Source of the DNA: Phoronis australis
Taxonomy: Eukaryota; Animalia; Phoronida
Assembly: GCA_002633005.1 (NCBI GenBank)
Contig: NMRA01000096.1
Coordinates: 186,001 to 250,000, forward strand
Direction of reading: 5' to 3'
Length of the DNA stretch: 64,000 nt
Positions within the stretch are counted from its first letter, which is position 1; the number at the start of each line of letters is the position of its first letter. Under the pieces are notes generated by a model. That model worked only from the letters and a program-made list of their open reading frames with translations. It did no database searches and was not told where the DNA came from. Below are positions 10,785-64,000 of this stretch, one piece after another. The position numbers and the translations under genes were made by a program.

Positions 10785-13700
10785 GTTTATCACACGTTGC
10801 GCTTACAAGTTACAGCAGTATAACAATAAGATTCAGTGAACTGTGATTATTTATTTTTGAAACGGATTGGTCCAAAAATCAAGGGTAGAAGAGGTCAGTA
10901 TACATGGAATGAGAGACGCTAAATAATTTGCATGAACAAATGATAAAAGGTATTAGTAAACGGAATTGAGATTCAAACTTTTTTGAAGTTGTTCACCAAA
11001 ACTTTTGCATAAAATAAACTACTTTACATCTTATTAATTTACTCCTTACCTAATGCAGAAATGGTGTTTTGGCAGGTATCCGCATGCGTATCACTGTTTC
11101 CTGTATATTATTTAGGTCATTTACTCTGCGGGGTCAAATATATTTCTCTTATGGGTCAGCCATCTTGGTTTAGAATTTACTTATGAACTTCATCTCCGCT
11201 TCAAAAAGTGATTATGTTGTGGATTATTCCAATAAGTGTTCGTGAGGATTAAGCAGAAGATTCGAAAAAGCGATGACATGTGAACTTGACAAAAATTTGT
11301 AAGTTTTTCCGTCATATATTGTCGATGTAATGGGTGTTCATTCAATCTCCTTCTGTGTGCTAATTTTTGCACACCCAAATGTGAAACATTTTTTTGAATG
11401 AGCTTTTGACTAGACCGACTCTAGGTAAAGTAATTTTTACTCACGGTAACTCTAACGTCTAGTTGCAACAGGGAATATGTTGTGTTTTTACCTGACGATG
11501 ACTCGTCCTAATTTACAGTCATTTATGATTCAACTGAAGTTTCATCCAGACATTCAGCACAGTGAGTGATCAGGATTATTATTTACTAATAGTAATAAAT
11601 TAATCATTACCTGATTGCCGTAAACGTCTGATAGTGATTATGATATGCCTTCTTGACTATGGATTTATGAGAGATGTGAAAGGATCTAAAATTGTTCTGT
11701 ACTTTCTTCTGTATGACGTGAACCGTGAACTTCATAATGTTTTCAATCGAGCCGAGATTCAAACGTGTAATTTCTGTGCTGTTCACCGGACTGGTCGACA
11801 GAGAGCTTCACTGAAGTCGTACTTCACATGCAAGCTTTTTACACAGCATTTACCGATTAACATTTATATTTTTGGATTAATGCACGTACTCGTAATGAAC
11901 TGGCTATGCACCACTTACACCAAAACTTTCACCGTTTTTGTTTACATGAGCTTAAGACACCATTTCACATCTCCTCCAGTAAAGAGCAGGAGAGTATGAG
12001 GCAAGATGACACTGAAATTGACCTTTACTCACCGATTGAAGTGAGCTGCATACTTTTTGGAAGATAAAATATTGATGAGACGAGCCTTTACAATAACTCT
12101 AGACACATTTAAGGAAATTTTATTCATATAATAGTGTGCGGGCACTGGTAAGACATGCGTGGGTGCTTAACAGTGAAAATTTCTGGTGTGGGGGGTAAGG
12201 CAAGCATGTCTGCTAACCTGGGTGAGTACAATAGTTGTATTTATTTATGTATATTTTAAGCACATGTTTAATGTAGGTATATTTAGTGACAAGAGGAAGG
12301 TCTATTGTCTAGAGTGTATGCTCACTGCTGGTGAAGTGCGTGATTCTACCAGAATTTGAGTATGTGAATCGACATTTTAGGACAGAAAAGTGCAGACAAA
12401 GGCAATTTTTTTCACTAAAGACGTGCAAAAATACCGCTATCATTTTCAGGCTACTCTGAGAGACTGAGACTAGTAACAAATCGGTGAGCATTCTCAAGGT
12501 AGAGGCTTCAAAAATTGGAGGGGTTATTCTGGCTATATTGATAGTTTGAAATTGTCGAGATTCTGCTGTGCTTGAATGTATTCCCGCTTTTAGTGGATCT
12601 CTTGGACTGACCTTGTCAGCTTTCAAATGTAGCGTAAGCACCTGATCAACATACCTGTTTTTTCAAATTTGCTTTTTTGTTTTAAGCTGTTCAGAAATGC
12701 TCATTCTGGAAGCAAAATATGGTTGTAAAATTAAAATTCAAAGGTTTTGACACTGCTTGTGATTGCTAAAATGGACCTCTCACAGCTGATATTTGCTAAA
12801 TCTGGTCTTCCATCGCATGGCGAGCTGCTCTTCTCTGAACTGCCTAGATCGTTCCGACTTGCTGTGGGAAGGTATCAGGCTTCATGGAAGGATATTCTGA
12901 CGATTTGTCTCCGGACGTATGATGAGCATTCTTGACAGCATTATGAACAATGGCATAGGAATCATCACTACTGGAAGGAATCTCAGTTCTCTTCTCATCA
13001 TTTGAACACTGTCACCTTACTTGGCCTACTTGCCAGCCATCTTGGACTCTTGGTGAAATAGTGACTAGCTAAGTGCACCAGCAAGCCGGGCCTCCACTCT
13101 CCAGAAATCCAACGTTCATCATAGACTGTGACCAGTCTGTTCAGTTGTTGTGCATTTCTTTATATGAGTTTCTTTTGTCCTGGTTTGGATATGGTGCATA
13201 TAGTTCAGAGCTTCTAGTAGTGCCCTCCACCCCAGAACAAGTTACTCCTGGAACGAGTTATCGCTAGGTTTGGTGGCTGTGTGGACGCAGTCGCTATTTA
13301 ATCTAGTGCAACTTGCCCAATTGTGACAACTTGTACTCCACCTTATCGAGGTAGGGTAACTTGTTCTAGAATGTCTTGTGCCAGTTCTACTTCTTGTGTG
13401 GCAGCAAACCTGGGGCAAGGTGGAAGTATTTGTCTGCTGTGGTTACATACAGACATTCATCGTCACCCATAGAATGACAACTTCTGGACACTCCACTTAA
13501 AAGTGGGGTAAGTTGCACTAGTGCAAATTGTTCTAGGATAGGCTGTGTTCATGGTTACACGATCAGGTGATCAATTAAATCTGGATTCCATGAGGAACTT
13601 TAATAATTGATTGGTTGTAGGCTGCATTGATTTTCTTAAGAAGCAAGAGGAAACATTCGGTAGAATGCAGAAGCGTCTTTGGCTTGACCCAATTTCTAAT

Positions 13701-15472
13701 TCTGGTGTTAAAGGCTGGACGAGTTGACAGGGACGGAACACAATTTCTTTCATGTATGGAATTTTGAAACTGTATCTTTTGTGTGAATGTTTGAATCTCC
13801 ATCTGTATAACAGTGACAGTTTGACGACATGGGTGTCATAAAGTGTTTATAAAAAGTGCTAGGAAATATCCAAGCACATGGAAGCTACCCAAGAATGCAG
13901 ACAGCTGTCCACCAGCTAACCTGTGTCCATCTAGCGACATGTCGTAGGTCATCCTGTTGCTGCTGTATCGAAAAGTGGCTTGTTTTGTTCTTGTGAAAAA
14001 GGTTTGTCTTTCATAGTTTGACAACCATTGTTCTTTATTTTCTGAAGTCCAATTGCACAGTGTGTCTGTTACGACACACGGAAATTTTTGATACGTTTTC
14101 TATTAAAGTTGTTGGACCCGATTTTGGCAAATAAGATGGTTAAAATTCAAATTGAACGAAATTATGTGTTTTACAATAACGTCAAAACAAATCACGATCT
14201 TTGTCCGTGCAGTCTCTAAAAATAAGCATGGAACACATAAACAGTCTGAACATTGCCAATCAAATGCCAATGATTTCAGTGTGTGAAAACTGGTAAAATC
14301 CTATCCAGTTGCAATTCCTAAACTTCAAAACAAATTCAAAACTGTAAAAAATCGAGGACTCAGTAACACTGAGAAGATTTGAAAATAGTGTTAAATTGTG
14401 CATTTTATATTTTTGGAATACAGCTTTTGTTTTGCATTTTCATCACGCAATTAGTTTGAAAACCATCTGAATAATTAATTTTCTGTGTAACTTATGAAAC
14501 ATCCCTTGATTGTGAAGCTATTGAAAACGTTGAGGCTATTCTGACTGGATGTCATAGACATTGTACGTTCCCAGGCAATACACCATTTCACAACCATTAA
14601 AATGTATTGAATATTGGGACAATTTTATTTACTGTAGTCATAAACAATATTGTGCTGCGTTCAGATGGGGAGTTATCCCAGTGTAATGTCCCCATAATGA
14701 TACGATGCAAGTGATCATGTGGACAAAATTACCGTAATGCAACTTGACACAAATGGGATAACCTACCCCACCTCTTCCTGGTTGGGCAAGTTGTTTCTGA
14801 CCAAGTTCCCCCTCAGCACAAATGCCCGTGTGTACTACAGTGGTATTCATCTCCAGCGGAATACAACGTGGCAACTGTTGCGCACCCAATTTATGTGTGA
14901 CCATGGCTGCACACCACAACTGCAGCTGATGCACCACTAAATTAGGCTCGCACTTGATGCAATAACTGCTGCGTGTTGAATACACCATGCCAATGTGGTA
15001 TCATGTGCGACTAACATGCGACTACCATAAAGCAGAAGTAGTCATCAGCTACATGCTTGCTCGGCTTACATTAGGTTATACCAGTTTGCTCGCGTGATGT
15101 ATGTGCAGACTTTCTTACCTGATTGTTTGCCTCGACTGTGGTGGCATGATGTTTTTCATGCAAACACCCCACTCATCTGGGGTAAGTAGCTCCTGTAAGT
15201 CCTGGGTCATCTGCCTATGAGGACACAGCTTCGTTGTGAGTTTTGAACTACATACCAACATTTTTGAGTGAATAATGTGAGTATGTTATGCATAGTGATG
15301 TAATCTGAATTGTCAGAGAACTGATAGTTGTTTAGAGATGTACATTCTCTGAGTGTTGCTAGTTACGTAAGAGTATCTCAATTCCCATTACAGACATCAA
15401 TTGTAATTCCTATTGCTGGACAATAACAGTATGGTGCTGACTGACGTCGCGGCAACACGGTAACCGTGGATT
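10785..15472. promoter_or_regulatory. Divergent intergenic / 5'-UTR interval between TXNDC16-like and MRCK start codons
   Basis: Head-to-head ATGs 4.7 kb apart. Candidate UTR-exon donors face outward (minus strand CAG|gtaaaa ~11491; plus strand CTG|gtaaga ~12147, GG|gtgagt ~12222). CRE-like TGACGTGA near 11713. Transcription start sites cannot be determined from sequence. Confidence 0.4.
13220..13555 (+). mobile_element. PIF/Harbinger-like MITE family A, copy 1
   Basis: Shares aacaagttactcctggaacgagtt(a/g)tcgctaggttt...tagtgcaactt with 32472-32880, 33496-33919 and (inverted) 46262-46627. Confidence 0.7.
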
Positions 15473-62630
<47,158 letters not shown>

Positions 62631-64000
62631 GTGAGTATAGTTCCTTATTATTGAGAGGCTCGTCATGTGTTAAGACAATAATGTAAGAAAATCGCCACCA
62701 AAGACTGCATGCTCGAAGAGTAACAAGTACTGTATTGTTCCACTTATTTCACACAAAATTATTAAATAATTGCCAAAATTGTAATTTTCCATTTTTCAAA
62801 GGCTGACGACTTTGGTACAAGTAATGGAAATGTTGATTCGTGACATTTACACAGTATAAACTGTGCTTAGTAATCTTGATTTCTGTGCAGAATTTCTAAC
62901 AAAGTAGAATTTCACTTGTCGCCCGTATTGCGTGCTAAACAAGGGAAGAATAACCGTAGATTGACGGTGTTATTTTCAAGAAATAAAATAAACACACTTT
63001 TACATATTCATATAAATGCACATTTCATTAAAAAGATGTTATGTTACTCTAGATTGTGTTACCACTTTTTTGCAAACATTTTGTGTCGGAAAAACTGCAG
63101 CATTTAAAAAATGTTATGCTGTTAATGCACGGGAGATGGCGCCCTCTTCTGGCTTGGTGACTATTGACATGGAAACTCGGTCACTTCATGCTCAGTTTGG
63201 CTTCAGGTCACGCTATTTCTATTGCTGTTTGTTACGTTCTCATGATGCTTGTAGGATAAATTTGACGATTCCTTCGGTGTTCACGTTCCTGCATTTTCTT
63301 TCTGATTTATCTTGGAAATTTGTTTCAGTTTCGCTCTGTCTTAAATTGGGTCACTATATTTTTAACTGCAGATTTGTGATCACTTCAGCACCTAAAGCTG
63401 AGTCTCTACGACCGCTGTTCTATACAATCAACGTGTGTGAACAATTCCATGGCTGTACCCCTGAATGCTCTGTGACCAAATTCCTCACCTGGATCTAAAG
63501 TTCAGCTGAGGAATCTGGTCTGAAGTTGAATCACCGTGTATGGAGCATTTTTGGAACGCGCGTGTGGAGTTTTGGGGAGTGTGTCTGGAGATTTTGAATG
63601 TGGGTTTGGTGTCTGCTGGTCCAAAAATGGGGTTTAGAGGTACACCTGTGGAGTTGGTTTTCAACCGCTGATAATAACTGACTCAATCGATTTTGCGTTT
63701 TTGAAAATAATTCTGTGAGCAGTAATCGAGTCTTTTATTTCAGCCTCGCACTATTTCGACCTAACCTTGCTGTTCGCCCATGTCTAAAGTACTCATGTCT
63801 TATTTGTAATTGTCACTTAAACAAATTCACTTCTATTTTGATTAGGAAAATCAGGTACTCGTATTCATCGACTCGTGTGTCTACTTGGTAGAGACCGAAT
63901 GTGGGTTACATACTAAAACCACCTCTTGTCTGTCCAGTCTGTCTTCTGATTCTCACCCTTGTTTGAACGCTTCTCCGCACTGCTTAACTCTCTGTTTATA

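Noticed and set aside
63016-63498. 160-aa ORF, the longest in the track
   Set aside because: No resemblance to the CNH domain or any family I recognise; intronic composition.

Overview
Eukaryotic, intron-rich, AT-rich genomic DNA, most likely a marine invertebrate; the taxon cannot be determined from this window. Two spliced genes lie head-to-head. (1) On the + strand, an MRCK / CDC42-binding protein kinase gene (CDC42BPA/B, Drosophila gek orthologue): 27 coding exons from ATG 15473 to 62630, about 1,270 codons with consistent phases, covering the kinase, AGC C-terminal, coiled-coil, C1, PH and start of the CNH domain; it runs off the right edge. (2) On the - strand, a TXNDC16 (ERp90)-like gene: 6 intact coding exons from ATG 10784 to 1550; it continues off the left edge. 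Most ORFs in the six-frame track are intronic noise. The introns hold many non-autonomous transposons (MITEs, SINEs, one decayed non-LTR fragment), small tandem repeats, and two ~1 kb duplications abutting single 'n' characters that look like haplotype-overlap assembly artefacts. The best candidate novelty is a complete tRNA-derived SINE (59130-59380, perfect 13-bp TSD). Its 3' tail is shared with a decayed fragment at 8656-9350 that resembles the restriction-like endonuclease (Hero/R2-group) end of a non-LTR retrotransposon, which would be an unusual SINE-LINE partnership. A CAGGGCTTGGAAT-TIR family with 6-bp TSDs is also present twice. All homology calls come from reading the sequence and recalled family knowledge; no searches were run.
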